A DNA stretch of 64,000 bases from the human T2T-CHM13v2.0 reference genome, Homo sapiens (GCF_009914755.1 NC_060934.1); one strand, 5' to 3'; numbered from the stretch's first letter, positions 43,826-58,561 are shown. Program-made: numbers and translations. The notes: generated by a model from the letters alone, not told the origin.

Positions 43826-44869
43826 TTGAAAGCCTACTTACCTAAAATCTCCTATATATTCAAATGATTAATCAAAGATCTTTCATTCAACAAAATGAAC
43901 TGAGTGCATTTAGAAGGCATTGTGGGGTGAAGGAGATGTGGCCCCTTCCTCTCTGGAGCTTAGAGTCTGTCTCCACCATTGAATCTGAAAAGCTAGCCAA
44001 ATACATGAGTAAAAAAATTAAAATCCAAATCTTTTACCAATATAACATCGGATGACATGGCTGTAATGATCAAATAATTACCTGATTCTTTCCAATTCGG
44101 TTTTAAATGTTAAACATTCAGTGATGGTTAACATACTCGCTGATGTGAAAGGGTGGGGGCTGACTCATTACTGGGGCTAGGACAAGGGCAAATCGTGGCT
44201 CAGAACTGTCATTCAGAGCCTCTTGTTTGTCCTCTGTAGTCAGCTCAGTCACAGTAAGGTATGTGGTTTCTCTCAACATGTCATTCTTGTTTTATGTACT
44301 CAAATGCTTCCTTCTCATTGTCAACATCTGCTCTGAACTTTAAGTCAGGCCCACTTGTTTGTAGAATAGCTCATTGACATAAAGCAAATAACACATCCCA
44401 GCCAGTCAAATCCAAGAAACTCAGCTTTAAAAACACACTTGTATTAAAGAATTTCACTGCAAATCCATTCATTATGTTTACCTTTTTATTTTTTGGATCC
44501 ATATAAATAGCTTTTTAAAAAAATCGAAATTGCCATATTAACTTCTACAAGTCAAACACTTAATTTATCCATCTAGTTGAAATTCAAGAACATCCCCAGA
44601 TAGCTCTGTTAAGGAAGAGGGACAGAATACGTGGTGAAATATTGCCAGGTTAAAGACAATGAAGATTGCTTTGTCTGAACACCATCAGCCAAGCCTATAA
44701 ATACCCCTCATCCAAGTGGAAACCAAAATTGATTCTTTCACATTAAGATGGAAAGGCAGAACAGGAAGTAAAATATTTAGAGGAGCAGTTCTGAATCTTG
44801 GAACTAAATCACACTAATCGTTCCTGAAAGGGACAATAAATACAGGTAATTAACTTCTGGAGCCTCTGA

Positions 44870-45117
<248 letters not shown>

Positions 45118-45451
45118 GTGGTATGAGGCCTCTGAATTTTATCAATAGTGCGGCTATGAAAAAAGGATATTTTTTAATCTTCGAGGCCTTGTAGATTTTT
45201 TATAGTCTAGCATTTGCCAAAGAGCTCCTCCAAAGCTGTCATAATTTGGATACAGGGAGTACTACCATATGTTTTAGCAAAAGGGGAAGAAATTGGCTAT
45301 ATAGGATCACAAAAGTCTGAAGTCAGAAGGAATTTTGGAAACTTTGGCACCACTCAGGCCAAATCTGGCCAAGTCTGGTCTCTTAATGTGTTTCGTTTGG
45401 CGGACTCAATGTTTTTGGTTTTGTTTTTAGTAAATTTGAATGAATTGCTGA

Positions 45452-45758
<307 letters not shown>

Positions 45759-48428
45759 AAATTGCTGATGTTTTAACACTAGAATAGATTTCACATAAAA
45801 ATCTGAACTTTAGGATTCTCTCAAAACATTGAAAGTTCTGATAACACTGGGCCCTCATTCTTACATAACAATTAACTGGAACTGAGTAAGTCTGGCTCTC
45901 ATTGGATGAGGCATTTTCTCTCCAGGTCCTTCTACTCCCTAATATCTCCCTGACGCAGGACTAACGTTGCCTTGCATTTAGTTTCACCTGTGCTATCCCC
46001 CATACCTCCACACACCTACTACCCAACCACTGCCCCCAGTCTTCTTTGCTCATTTATGATGCCTGTCTCATCCGGGTAAACCTTGTGAAGATTTGTGATT
46101 GCCACCACTTATCTTATTCAATCCCTCAATCTACCCATGAGGAAACTGAAGTTGAGAGACGTCATGCTAAAGGAGAGAACAGTTTCAGGATCCTTTACTC
46201 ACCAATCCATTGAAGAGTCATCTATTTCTAAGTCCTACTCTCAAACTCAAAAGTGAAAATAGCAGAATCTGTAAACCACTCAGAGCCTGAGAAAAGATGG
46301 AAAGGTCCAAATATTTAACAAAGTAAATACAAAAATAAAGATGTAACAGTTAAATTTAGGCAGAGTGAGGGCCAGACACTGAGATACATTGGTATCATCA
46401 TCTCCCTGTGTCCCACACTGTTACCAGGGTCACTGGACTGCCAGGCTCTCATTTCAGCTTCTCTCTACTCCACACAACCCTCTCCTCCAGAGCTTGGCCT
46501 GAGAATAGTGTTCTGGTGAAGAAATCTATGATAATAACACTGACGTGTTCTTTCAGTTAGCAAACGTTTTGCACAATTTATACATGATCATGTGATGTTT
46601 GATCTGTTGTCTAAATACATACTTTAGTATGTCATGTACAAAGTAGTATGTTTACTGTATTACCTTCATAATAAAAAAATCAAGACACACAGAAAAATAT
46701 ATGGGATGCTGAAATGCAAAAAGATCTGGTGATTTGGGGAGTTTATTGGGAATCATGAGAATATTGGTAATCAACATTCTTCCAGAGGCCTGGTCTTCAC
46801 ATCTTGTGCCATCACTGTTGCTAACATTTTTTTTCGTCCCACATCCTGTCTCTTCTCAGAGTTTAAGAGTTTCTTTTGGGTGGGTCATAAAAATACGAGA
46901 TCCCATGAGTAGTTTAAAAGTGTATTAAAACATTAAAATATGTCCCGTCACTGAAAGTGTAAGATAAAATTAATCCAAATGATGAAAATTAAGATGCAAA
47001 GAAAAAAAAAACAGAGAAACAGTCCTGCTACAGGAATCAGGCCCAGTTTCTATCTAATATTAACAATAATTATCATACACTATGCCCCGTTACATGATAG
47101 TACAATAGTTCAAAGCACAGACTCTGGGGGTAGACTCCTTGGTCCCTTTACTTAGTTGTGTGACCTTGTAAAAATTCTCAGTCTAAGATCAAAATAATGC
47201 CTCCCTAGATAACATAAGGCTATGTGGCTCCCTTGACATAACATGTTTAATAAACATTAATTATTATTATTAATGATTGCAACAGAGAATAGAAAATGAC
47301 TATACACTGCATATTGCCCCAGGAAAGTGGAAGTGTTTTTCTATCGGAAGTTTTAATCAAGCTAAGAGCTATTAATATCATAGGAATGCAGGTTTGGGGG
47401 TAAAACACTGTTGGATTTAGATAAAGCATTGAAGGATATTAGGAATACATTATTCTTTTACTGATTGAAAGAAACTGATAGGAAGTGAATATTGAGATTT
47501 TAATCAACTACTTATTTTAGAAGGAAACTCATAAAACTGAAATTAAAGGCAAAAAGTACAGTTAAGGATGTTGATACTGTTTATGTAAATATACCAATAA
47601 TGTTCAATCATATTTTAATTTCTTAGCATGACATGTCATAGTCTCTATAATCTAGCCCCATCCCACCTCCCAGCCTTATCTGTCTTAAATTCCAGGTTTC
47701 AGCTACTCCAAACTGCTTTGCTTCCTATAAACACACTAGACTTCCTTATCTCTGTGCTATTCTCTTGTTCCAGCAGGCCTCTTTTCCATCAAGGAAATCC
47801 TCTTCCTAAATTGCTACACCCACCCCACAACTTTTCTTCACACTTAGCCTTGAATGAACCTCTCCTTTCCTTTGTCATTCAGTAGCACACTATTGATGTT
47901 CTACCCTATGACTCCATTTATACTATCTTGTAATGCAGATATTTGTAAATCTATTTTTCTCACTAAACATTTGGAGGCAGGGACCATGTGTTCTTTTTTT
48001 TGAACTTGGTGTTTTGTTATAGTTCAGTCTCATCATCCATAAGGGTTACTTTGGTGTCTGCCAAGAACCTCCAGAAGAAAAGGCTAAGTAGCTCAAAATA
48101 CATACATTTTTGCAATCATTAATTAAAATTGAAGTCATTAAGTGATACTATCTTGGAAAGCCATGATGGAAAACAATACAGTGGTTCCTCAGAAAAATTA
48201 AAAATGGAACTACCATATGATCCAGCAATCTCACTATATACCCAAAGGAAAGCATTATATTGAAGAGATAGCTGCACTTCCATGTTCCTTGCAGCATTAT
48301 TCACCATAGCCAAGATATGGAATCAACCTAAATGTCTATAAGTGGATGAATGGATGAAGAAATGTGATACACACACACACACACACACACAATAGGAGAC
48401 TAATTCAGACTTGAAAAAGAAGGAAATC

Positions 48429-48760
<332 letters not shown>

Positions 48761-48763
48761 TCA

Positions 48764-48936
48764 GCTGGGCACAGTGGCTCATGCCTGTAATCCAGCTTGG
48801 GAACCATGGCGAAACCCCATCTCTACAAAAACACAGAAATTACCTGGGTGTGGTGGCACACGCTTGTAGTCCCAGCTACTCGGGAGGCTGAGGTGCGAGG
48901 ATCACCTGAGCCTGGTGAAGTCGAGGCTGCAGTGAG
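48764..48936 (+). mobile_element. Internally deleted AluJ
   Basis: gctgggcacagtggctcatgcctgtaatcc joined to agcttgggaaccatggcg; ends at gaggctgcagtgag. Confidence 0.8.
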
Positions 48937-49105
48937 AAGAAAGAGAGAGAGAGAAGAGAGAGAAGAAAAGAGGGAAGGAAAAGAGGGGAGGGCAGAGGAG
49001 GGGAGGGGAGAGGAGGGAAGGGAAGGGAAGGGAAGGGAAGGGAAGGGAAGGGAAGGGAAGGGAAGGGAAGGGAGGGGAAGGGAGGGGAAGGGAAGGGAAG
49101 GGAGA
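48935..49105. repeat. Polypurine low-complexity tract, (GGAAG)n/GA-rich
   Basis: About 170 nt with a single pyrimidine. Confidence 0.95.
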
Positions 49106-50559
49106 CTTGAATCTAAAATTGTTGAACTCAGAGAATAGAGTAGAACCCTGGTTACCAGTAGGTAGGGTTGGGGTGAAGAGATGTTTGTCAAAGGATACAA
49201 AATTTCAGTTAGATAGGAGCAATAAGTTTAAGAGATCTATTGTGCAACATAGTGACTATAGTCACTATAGTCACAATTTTGAAAATTGTTAAGATGGTAG
49301 ATTTGAAGTGTTCTCACCACACCAAAAAAAAAAAAAAACAAAAGATAAAAATGTGACGTAATACATATAGGTTAATTATGTTGGTTGGGCCATTCTACAA
49401 TGTATTACTGTTTCAAAATACTGTGTTGTGTGCATCATAAATATATACAATTTTTATTACCTAATTAATTAGGGGTTTGAAAGATTGAGGTAAGGAAGTA
49501 AAACTTGAAAATGTGACCACATCTCTGTAGTTGTCATCCTCTAGCTTGAGTTGCATGGCCAGATCCACCCCAGACCACCATAATGTGTCCTGATAAAGAT
49601 TCAGACACCAACCAATTCACACCACCTTTTCAGACTCAAAGTCAGAAGCCAGAAAAGATTTCCTAATGTCTTGATCTACCTCCCCATATCTTTGGCTCCT
49701 CCCAATGCTCTTCCTATGGATATGAAGGATACCTGTTATTCCACTTGCCTACACAAAAAATGGAAGAAACCAGTAGGGATGTTATTAGGGGGTCGGTGGT
49801 GCTGAAAGTCTGAGTTGTTGCAAAATTGCAGGTTAAATTATTTTATCTAATTCCTACTTGCGAGGACTTTTTTTTGATGGTGGAGGGAGAGCGGGACTGG
49901 TTTCTGGCAATGATATGGGTACTAACCATGTTTTCTGCATTTACATATTTATTATTAATTATTGCAACAGATAATAGAAAATGACTTTACTCTGCATTTG
50001 GTCCAGGAAAGTGGAAGGGTTTTCCTATTAGAAGTTTTAAAAGAAGCTATAATCATGCAACAAATAATCATCCTTTCTCTTCGGAATCTTCTCTAGCTTC
50101 CTCAGCCCTCTGCCTAAACCTGCCTGAAGAATTTCTCGAAGCTGAAGCCAACTCAAATATAAGAAACTGTTAGGGCATACCGATTTACAGAATTTGATGG
50201 AACAACGGAAAATCCTGGGTGCAGGGAATGGGAGAATCCACCTTCAATATGAACTGTTATTCAGTTAATTCAAGATTTTTAAAAAACACATCAAAACTGT
50301 AGCCTAGAAAATTGACCAAAAATGTTATATCGAATAACTTACTATATAAGTAATATATTTAGCGTAAATCCTGACTAAACTTCGGGGATAGTTTGTGTTG
50401 GATAGACTAGGCACCCAGAAAACAAGGTAAAGCATTGATTTGCTTTTGACAGCCAAGTTTGTTCGTGGTTATCAGCTCTCTGGAAAGCCTCTGGGCGCTG
50501 CTGAAGCCAGAGCAGGTTACCTAGGGCGAACCAAAGATGGGGCATTAAGCACCAAGTCC

Positions 50560-52120
50560 TCCCAAGTGCTGGCTGAGGGTCCAGGTGGGCGCGGTGCCGG
50601 TGCCTCCTGCGGCGGTGGCGAAGGCTGGGCTCCCGCGCTCGCCCAGGGCTGCCGGGTGGTGCTGAACCTGGCGCCAACGTGCAGAATCCGCCGGCCCTGC
50701 GCGCTGCGCTCCACGTAGGTCAGGAGTACCCGCGGCGCCCCATTCCCAACCCTCCGGGGGCACCTGGTTGCTCGCGCTCCGGACCAAGGCAGTTGGAGGC
50801 CTTTCGGTCCTCTGGGAAATGGAGGCCCACCTGCATCACATGCACCTCTCCCTGCTCTTCCACCAGCAACCCTGGAAGCTCTCTGGAGTCCAGAGGCAGC
50901 TCTCTGGGGGGCCACCGTACCACCCCCAGGACCCCCTCCCTCTCTTTCAACTCCGTACAAAATGCCGCCTTCGGATTCCCGGGAAAACTTGCCCACTTTG
51001 TAGAAGCACCCCATCAAAAAGGGGGCGGCGAGGGGCGGGCGCACCGTGGACACTCGAAGCCCCCGGCACACACCCCAGACAAAAGCCCGGTTCCATGCTG
51101 CTCCACCGCCCCCTCCTACTGCTCCGAGTCGGAGTTACTTCTTGCCTCTAGGACGCTGGGCAGCAGGGGCTGCTGCCCACCTTTGGAACCCTCCCCGCAA
51201 GCTCCAGCCCTTTACCTGAGTCCCGGCCTCGGCGGGGCCTCCGGTGCTCAGCACCCGGCTCAGTGCCCCGTGCGGCCGGGCTGGTGGTGTGGTGGGGATC
51301 GCGGCCGCCGCTCTCCCCTGCAGCTCCGGGCCAGCCGGGCGGCTATTTATCCGAGCCAGCTGCGGCCCCGGCCCCTGCCGGAGTATTAGGCAATCGGTCC
51401 CGCTACGCGCTGCCCCGGGAGCCGCCGCCCTCTGCCCCCACAGACCCGCAGCGGCGGCGGCCACATGGAGCTGGGGAGCCGGCCCCCTTCTCTGAGCTCC
51501 ACCTTCTCTTTCGCCTTCTCCTCCCCGGGGTTTTCCCTGCTGTCTTTTTCTCCCTTGTCTCTCTTTGCGGGGCACCCCGGCCAGTCTGAACCGGTTGTGA
51601 CTGCGCGGGTGGTTGGGGGAAGGAGGAGGAGGAGGCGGAGGAGATGGAGGCGGAAAAGCGGGCGGTAGGGGCGCTGCGCCTGCTCCCGCTGCTCCCGGCC
51701 CGGCCAGGAGTAGGGAGGGCACTGCCCGAGCCGCGGCCCCGGCCCTACCAGGCCTGGAGCCACCAAAGCCACGAGAGAGGTGGGCGCCGTCGGCCAGGCG
51801 CCCTCTCGGTGCGCACACACGCGCGTCCCCAGGCGCCGCTGTGCCCCCGCCGCCCACCACGTGCCCTGGCCAAGCCCGCCAAGGACCGTGCGCATTTGGG
51901 GGGAGCCGGGGTCTACAAATGAATGCGAGTCTTCCTTGGTCTCCCTGGCTCCCGGGGCCGCTGGCGCCCTCCTGGCCGGAGCTGTATGCTCAGCTGGCAG
52001 TGGTCCCGGAGAAACGGGCACCAGAACTTTGTGGAGTCCGTGATCCTGGGAAGTGAGGAGTGAGGATGCCAAGTACAGTCCTTTGTGACAGCTCCGCGGG
52101 AAAGGAGGGCGTCCTGCGGT
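50560..52120 (-). promoter_or_regulatory. SLC16A9: CpG-island promoter of SLC16A9
   Basis: Dense non-depleted CpG, very high GC, GC boxes (ggggcggg at 51032, gggcgg at 51660); lies upstream of the first coding exon on the minus strand. Confidence 0.9.
51216..51590 (-). other. SLC16A9: Probable non-coding exon 1 of SLC16A9 (5' boundary approximate)
   Basis: Strong donor CTCAG|GTaaag at 51215 inside the CpG island; the first coding exon has an acceptor upstream of its ATG, so an upstream exon is required; TSS inferred, not seen. Confidence 0.65.

Positions 52121-52121
<1 letters not shown>

Positions 52122-52167
<46 letters not shown>
52122..52167. repeat. (CA)23 microsatellite at the upstream edge of the promoter
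   Basis: Direct reading. Confidence 0.97.
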
Positions 52168-52169
<2 letters not shown>

Positions 52170-53057
52170 CTGCTTCTAAGGACGTTCAGTCTGTCCTGCA
52201 GTTGAACTGCACTAACAATACTACCATTGGCAATACTATCTTTGGTAATGGGCTTGCGCGCAGAGATGGATGGCTGTTTTATCCCTCAGTCACTGCAGCA
52301 GCTGGGGGCTGTCCATAGGTACCAGTGGTTCGCCGGCCGTGGGAAACCTCCAAAGTGATATGCACTTTTTGTGTTCCTCTGTGTTTTTTCTGGGAAGCCG
52401 CACCACACTTTCTACTTCTTAAAGGGGACTGCGGCCATCAACCACCTTGATGAGAACTTCCTTTATACACTGAAGTGACAGGTCCTGGCCTAGACGAAGA
52501 CTCTACACCTGGCAAAGGGTTGGTTTCAGAAGTGCTGATCAAGCTGCTGAGCCTCTGTTTCCTTGTCTATGAAATTACAAGAATCTTGCCTGTATCATGG
52601 AGTTTGTGTGAGATGAGAGTTTAAAAAACCTGTGGAGCCTAGGCAACCATGTCATGTTTTCTTACAGCACAAATGTGGTGGAGGTTCAGCCCTTTTGGCC
52701 CCCATCAGTCCTTTCTACTCAATTTATTGACTTTCAGGTTAGAGTGAAGAGAATGACCACTGCTAGTCAATAGTATTTTGTTTTGTTCTAAGAAGGAAAA
52801 AGAGAAGAGGGGAAAAGTAACAGTGAGAATGAGAGCAACATGGTCCCAAGAATAAGTTCTGGAAGGAAAAATGGAGAAACTGTACTGTCAACACCATAAA
52901 AAACTTACTTCTAAAGAGGCAAGGGAACACAATAGGGGATTCTTAGGCTGTATTTTTTTACCTGGTTTATGGTTACTCAAGTGCGTTCACTTTGTGGTAA
53001 TGCGTTGACCTATACACTGATAATTTGTGTTCTTTTCTCTATGTTTCAATAAAATAG

Positions 53058-53342
53058 TTTTTTTGAGATGGAGTCTTGCTCTGTTGCCCAGGCTGGAGTG
53101 CAGCGGCGTGATCTCAGCTCATTGCAACCTCCATCTCCCAGGGTTCAAGCAATTCTCCTGCCTCAGCCTCCTGAGTAGCTGGGATTACAGGCACGCAGCA
53201 CTATACCTGGCTAATTTTTGTATTTTTAGTGGATATGGGGTTTCACCACGTTGGCCTGGTCTTGAACGCCTAACCTCAAGTGATCCACCGCCTTGGCCTC
53301 CAAAGTGCTGAGATTACAGGTGTGAGCCACCGCACCCAGCCA
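53058..53342 (-). mobile_element. AluS element
   Basis: Antisense dimeric Alu with a short tail. Confidence 0.92.
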
Positions 53343-55026
53343 ATGAAAGGTAATTTTAGAAAGTCTGTCTTTGATTCAAATACTTCCTAAGCACCAGAGC
53401 ACATGTTATCTTGATTGTTGCTCAAACCAATCAATGTATATGAACTTATGTTTTGGGGACAAGGAAATTGTGCCTGGAAAATATTCTACATCCACCAACT
53501 GGTTTCTGAAATTGACACATGCCTGTTATCACTTGCACCAAGTTTTCCCAGATTTCTTTTAGAAGAGTATATAGCCAGCACTTCCATTTCTACTCAGGCC
53601 AGCCCTTGCCTATCAACTAAGAACCAAAAATGAGCTTGTGCTCACACACAGGCATGCTCCCAGCTTTAGAGAGAAAGACTGGTTCTCAGGGGTCATAAAC
53701 TCAGATGGCTGCAGGGCCAGGCTTCTAATGTAATGAATGAAGTGGCTAGAAGGGAGCTTGGAGGAATCAGAGAGCTAGAATCTTGCCCTGGGGCAGTAGA
53801 CACTTGGCTAAGGGGACTGCTGCCAGGCTGGAATGTGAAAATTGCCCCCATCATCTGCAGGGGAGCATTAAGACATGTAAAAGAACTCAGAAATCTAGTT
53901 GAGTCCTGACACTTTACTTCCAAATGGAATTTGACCGGGAGAAGCTCAAGATGTGCTCCAGATCACCCTGGGGGTGAGGGAGGCAGATAAGTCAGCAGAG
54001 ACAAAGCTAAAACCACCCCTCTATGCCCCCACTTTTTTCCATCCAGTGACAAAAAAAAAATGCAAGCTGTGCTTGCCAAGCGAGAATCAGATAAGTTAGA
54101 TATTGCTGGCTTTACAGCTCTGGCCAGCATCTGCCCTTTGGGTCACTCTCCAGGCTCAGAAATAGTTTCAACAAGATGGAAAAAGGCAGGCTATTACATA
54201 AGCCAGATTTAAATGAACCCGGCTTTGGAAGAAAAGGAACCTGAGAAATGCTTTTAAAGAAAAGTTGATATAGAGGTGTCAACTAAATAAAAGAGTTCAT
54301 TTTTTGCTTTTCATTGTTATTATTAGGTATTTATTAAGAACTTCATAATTTGTGAAATGTTCTAAGACTTCCCTTTCTTAAGCTATTTGCCACCTTAGTC
54401 CTTTAGAGAATGAGATGGAGAAATTAACCTAAAATTGTTCTTTGGTCCTTATCCCAGCATGGAAGCAGAAACATGAAACACAGAGGGCAGAGCAAGGTGT
54501 CATCAGGTCAGGGGAAGGTGGTACACTTGACCAGCACCTGAGTCACTGGTCCAGTGCTTGCCTGGCTGACCAGACTTTCCTCCCTGACTTACCACACCAT
54601 TCAGGTTTCTTTTCTTTTGACATGATGTTCTTCTCCTGTTATGAATGACAGCATAGCTACAAAGACACTACACTTTGTGTTAAAAACAATTAAAGAAAAC
54701 TGATTTTGTGGTTTTTATAGCAGTTGGCTTGGAGATCTATCTATAAACCATTCTATTAATTCCAATTTATTCTCTCACACTCTAACAGACAAACAGTCAG
54801 AAAATAATAAAAGTGGATAAATCATTCTCTTATGCTTATAGAGCTTTTGTTTAAAAGGACAAATTTTCAAATGTTAAAAGTGACCTTAAAGATACACTAT
54901 ATTGTATTTTTACTTGCAATTCTCCAGAATATCATTTCATATTTTCCTGCCTTTATCTTTCATCATATTATCTGGCTCAAGTGATTTTTACTTTAGGGGA
55001 AATGGGGAATATAAATCAATGGTATT

Positions 55027-55327
55027 GTTTTGTTTTGTTTTTTAGAGACATGGTCTTACTCTCTCATCCAGGCTGGAGTGCAGTGGCATGATCACGGTTC
55101 ACTTCACCCTCGAATTCCGGGGCTCAAGGGATCCTTCACCTTAGCCACCTGAGTAGCTGGGACTACAGGCATGCACCACAACACCCAGCTAATTCGAAAA
55201 ATTTATTTGTAGGGACTTGGTCTTGCCATCTTGCCCAGGCTGATCTCCAACACCTGGGCTCAAGAGATCCTCCCTTCTCGGCCTCCCAAAGTGTTGGGAT
55301 TATAGGCATGAGCCACCGTGCCCAGCC
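55027..55327 (-). mobile_element. AluJ element
   Basis: Diverged antisense Alu; partial TSD GTATTGTT; MIR sequence follows. Confidence 0.9.
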
Positions 55328-56884
55328 TGGCTAAGTATTGTTATCTTCACTTTACAGATGAGGACACTGGGGTTCAGAATGGTTAAGTTACTTGCTGAGT
55401 CACTTGCTGGGTCAGTGATGGAGTGAGATTCCGAGCCTGATCTGGCTGATTGTTAAGCCTGTGCTCTTCCCAATCTACTTTGGAAGAATGATTCAAGATT
55501 GGGGAGAGCTAACAATGAGGACTGACTTCTTACACTAATTTAAAGCTTCACAAGAAACCCAAGAAGTAGGTTCTACTATTATCACCTGCCTTTTGCCAAT
55601 AATGAAAATGAACTAGAGAGAAGCTGAATAATTTGCCCTCAATCACATAGTGAGAGGTGAAGCTGAGGTTTGAATCTTGGTGACCAGGCTACAGAGAACC
55701 CTGCTCTGAATTGTCACTCTAAATTCTCATGAAAGTGGAAATCAGAAACATAAAATTATACAGAATGTGCATATTCTTATGTATAAGGAAAATTAAGGCC
55801 TCATGAGGTTAAAGAGGTGCCCGAAGTTGGAGGGCACCAAAATGGCTGAGACAGAGGCAGACACAGGCAAAGTGAGTCCAGGGTCCACACATAACGTAGG
55901 ACCTCCAGCTGTGCTTACCAAGCTTTATACCAGGCTCCAGCAGAGTGCTTGGCACATAGCAGGTTCTCAAAAGTTCACTGAAGGAGAGGAAGAGAAAATT
56001 TCTGCATCTGTCCAGGGCACTTTAAAGCCATTTCCCACATTTTAAATCCACCCATAGAATCTTATGTGCTACAAATTCAGTTTACATGATCTACAGTGTC
56101 ATTATTAAGGAAGAAGGGCTTACTACCAAAGGCAGGGTGTGGAGTTCAAATATACCAACGGATCCAATTTCTTCTTGTGAAAATACAGGTGGAGTAGATG
56201 CATACTATATAAAAATAAACACAAGATGAGTGCATCAAATCTTTTTATGAAACAGTGCCAGTTTTTTTTAATGTGCTTTTGCCTAAGTATTTGATTTAGA
56301 TGTATTACATAAAGTTTCAGACGGCACCAGTTTTTCAGTTCAAAGTGTTACATTTTAGCCTTCTTCTCTTCATTACATGATGTAAGAGAAAGAGCATGAC
56401 TTTTACTCTATGTACAGGGTCCATCCTGCCTAAAATGTGTAGGTAGTCCAAAGACTTTGCCCACTGGTTCACTAAGTAAAAAATGTTTACTTGGCAAATA
56501 TGGTCACCTTAGATCTATCTATTCAACAGGCTGCAATTTTGATTTCTTGGGAGTAATTTAGAAGATGGTAACTAATCCATGAAAGTAAAAGTTATACAGG
56601 AAAAAACATACCCTTGAGGAAAAAAAATATAGTCAAGCAGTTTCCTAACAGTTTGAACATAGACTGAAATCAATGCAGACAGAAGCAATCTAAAAGGATA
56701 CATGAATTATCCTCTACTTACCCTACCCCCAGGCTGGGCTCACATAGAATGGTTTACTCATCTCTGTCCCTACCACCTACCACATTGCAGAGCTACTTAC
56801 ACTTTTCCATCAAAGTACTTGGGAGTTATTCCAAACCATAGGCAAGCAACTTGCTGTAGATATGAAATGTGTCCTCTGGTTTAT

Positions 56885-57226
<342 letters not shown>

Positions 57227-57446
57227 TGAAGATGCTTCTGAATCCTGCCTTCTCAATATCAATGTTTGTTTTTATATAGTTAATCAAACTATATGAAAAT
57301 TTCGTTGATAGTTTAACAATTTAAATATTTATTATTTGATAATTTAACAATTATCAAATCACTGATAATTTAACAATTTAAATATTTAATATTAATAATT
57401 TAATATAATAACCAAAGCTCACATTTTAAAGAAATTACTATGTACA

Positions 57447-57915
57447 GTGTATTAGGGTCTGGGCAGGAAACAGGATTCATCCCAGATAGTCAAAGAAATC
57501 TTAAGGGAAAAATACTTTATAGCAATGTGGGCAGAGTCAAAAGAATAAATAGGAGGCACTCAAAGCTGAGGGACAGTGGGAAGCCTTTACTGCTCCTGGG
57601 GCTTCAGTGACAAAGGGAAGACCTAGTGTGCCCAGGGCCTGGGCTAGCAGCCCCTGAAGGGGGCTGAAATTGGGAAGGAAGGTAGTTTGTTCCCAGAGAC
57701 AAGGCATCAAAATGGGTGTACAGCCAATACTCTCACCTCTCTCTCTGCTCTCAGATCTCTTGGTGGTGCCTACCCTTGACCAAGCCCACGCAGAAGGCAG
57801 GAATTAAGGGAGAATGGAATACTGCCCATAAGGGTTCAGCCTCCCAGGAACAGAGAGTCAAAGAGGGGCAGAAATTGGATTGGGATGGGGTGGGCTGGCA
57901 AATGAAGAATGACTA
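57447..57915. mobile_element. Probable ancient LTR relic (family not resolved)
   Basis: Starts tgtattagggtctgggcaggaaacagg and interrupts a MIR/L2-like flank; GC-richer than surroundings. Confidence 0.4.
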
Positions 57916-58115
57916 GAACCACCAGGCACTGTGCTAAGTACTTTACCTATATTATTTTATTTTCATAATGACAACCTTATGAGGTAGGTACAATTTATTC
58001 CATCCAAAAAATGAAAAAATACAGGTATGGAGATTAAACCCAGGCTGTCTGACTCTGGATTCTGTGCTCTCAACCACTACTATTTAACCAAGCTGTATTA
58101 AAAATAGCATTTTGA

Positions 58116-58255
58116 ACTGAGTGTGGTGGCACATGCCTGTAGTCCCAGCTACTTGGGAAGCTGAGGGAGGAAAATTGCTGAAGCTCAGAAGTTTGAGTCC
58201 AGCCTGGGCAACATAGTAAGACCCCCCAACTCTAAAAATAAATAAATAAATAAAT
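58116..58255 (+). mobile_element. FLAM/Alu monomer
   Basis: Single Alu monomer with (AAAT)n tail. Confidence 0.85.
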
Positions 58256-58561
58256 TTAAATGATATTTTAAAACTACTTACCTAATTAGAAACTACTTAG
58301 CTAGTGACATACATGCTCTGTGTTTGTCACGTAACTTTATCATCATCATCACTCCTATTTTAATAAATTTGCCCTGATTTCATCAGCAATTCTCCTATAG
58401 TCAGTCTCATGAATTTTATGTTGATCCTATTATCTTAAACCTTCTATCCTTTTCTTCAGTTCTGGAGATGTGCCTTATTTGTTATCTATAACATAAATTC
58501 CCATGTATGAACTACAAAATATACTGTCATTTTATTTATTCATTCATCTAATAATTCTTGT

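Noticed and set aside
51341-51350. ggctatttat as a TATA box or MEF2 site
   Set aside because: Imperfect match, located inside predicted exon 1, with no supporting context.
50375-52318. Overlapping long ORFs (up to 258 aa) on both strands
   Set aside because: Stop-poor frames are expected in a GC-rich CpG island; the products are Pro/Gly/Arg/Ala-rich with no recognisable domain, and some start in the CA repeat.
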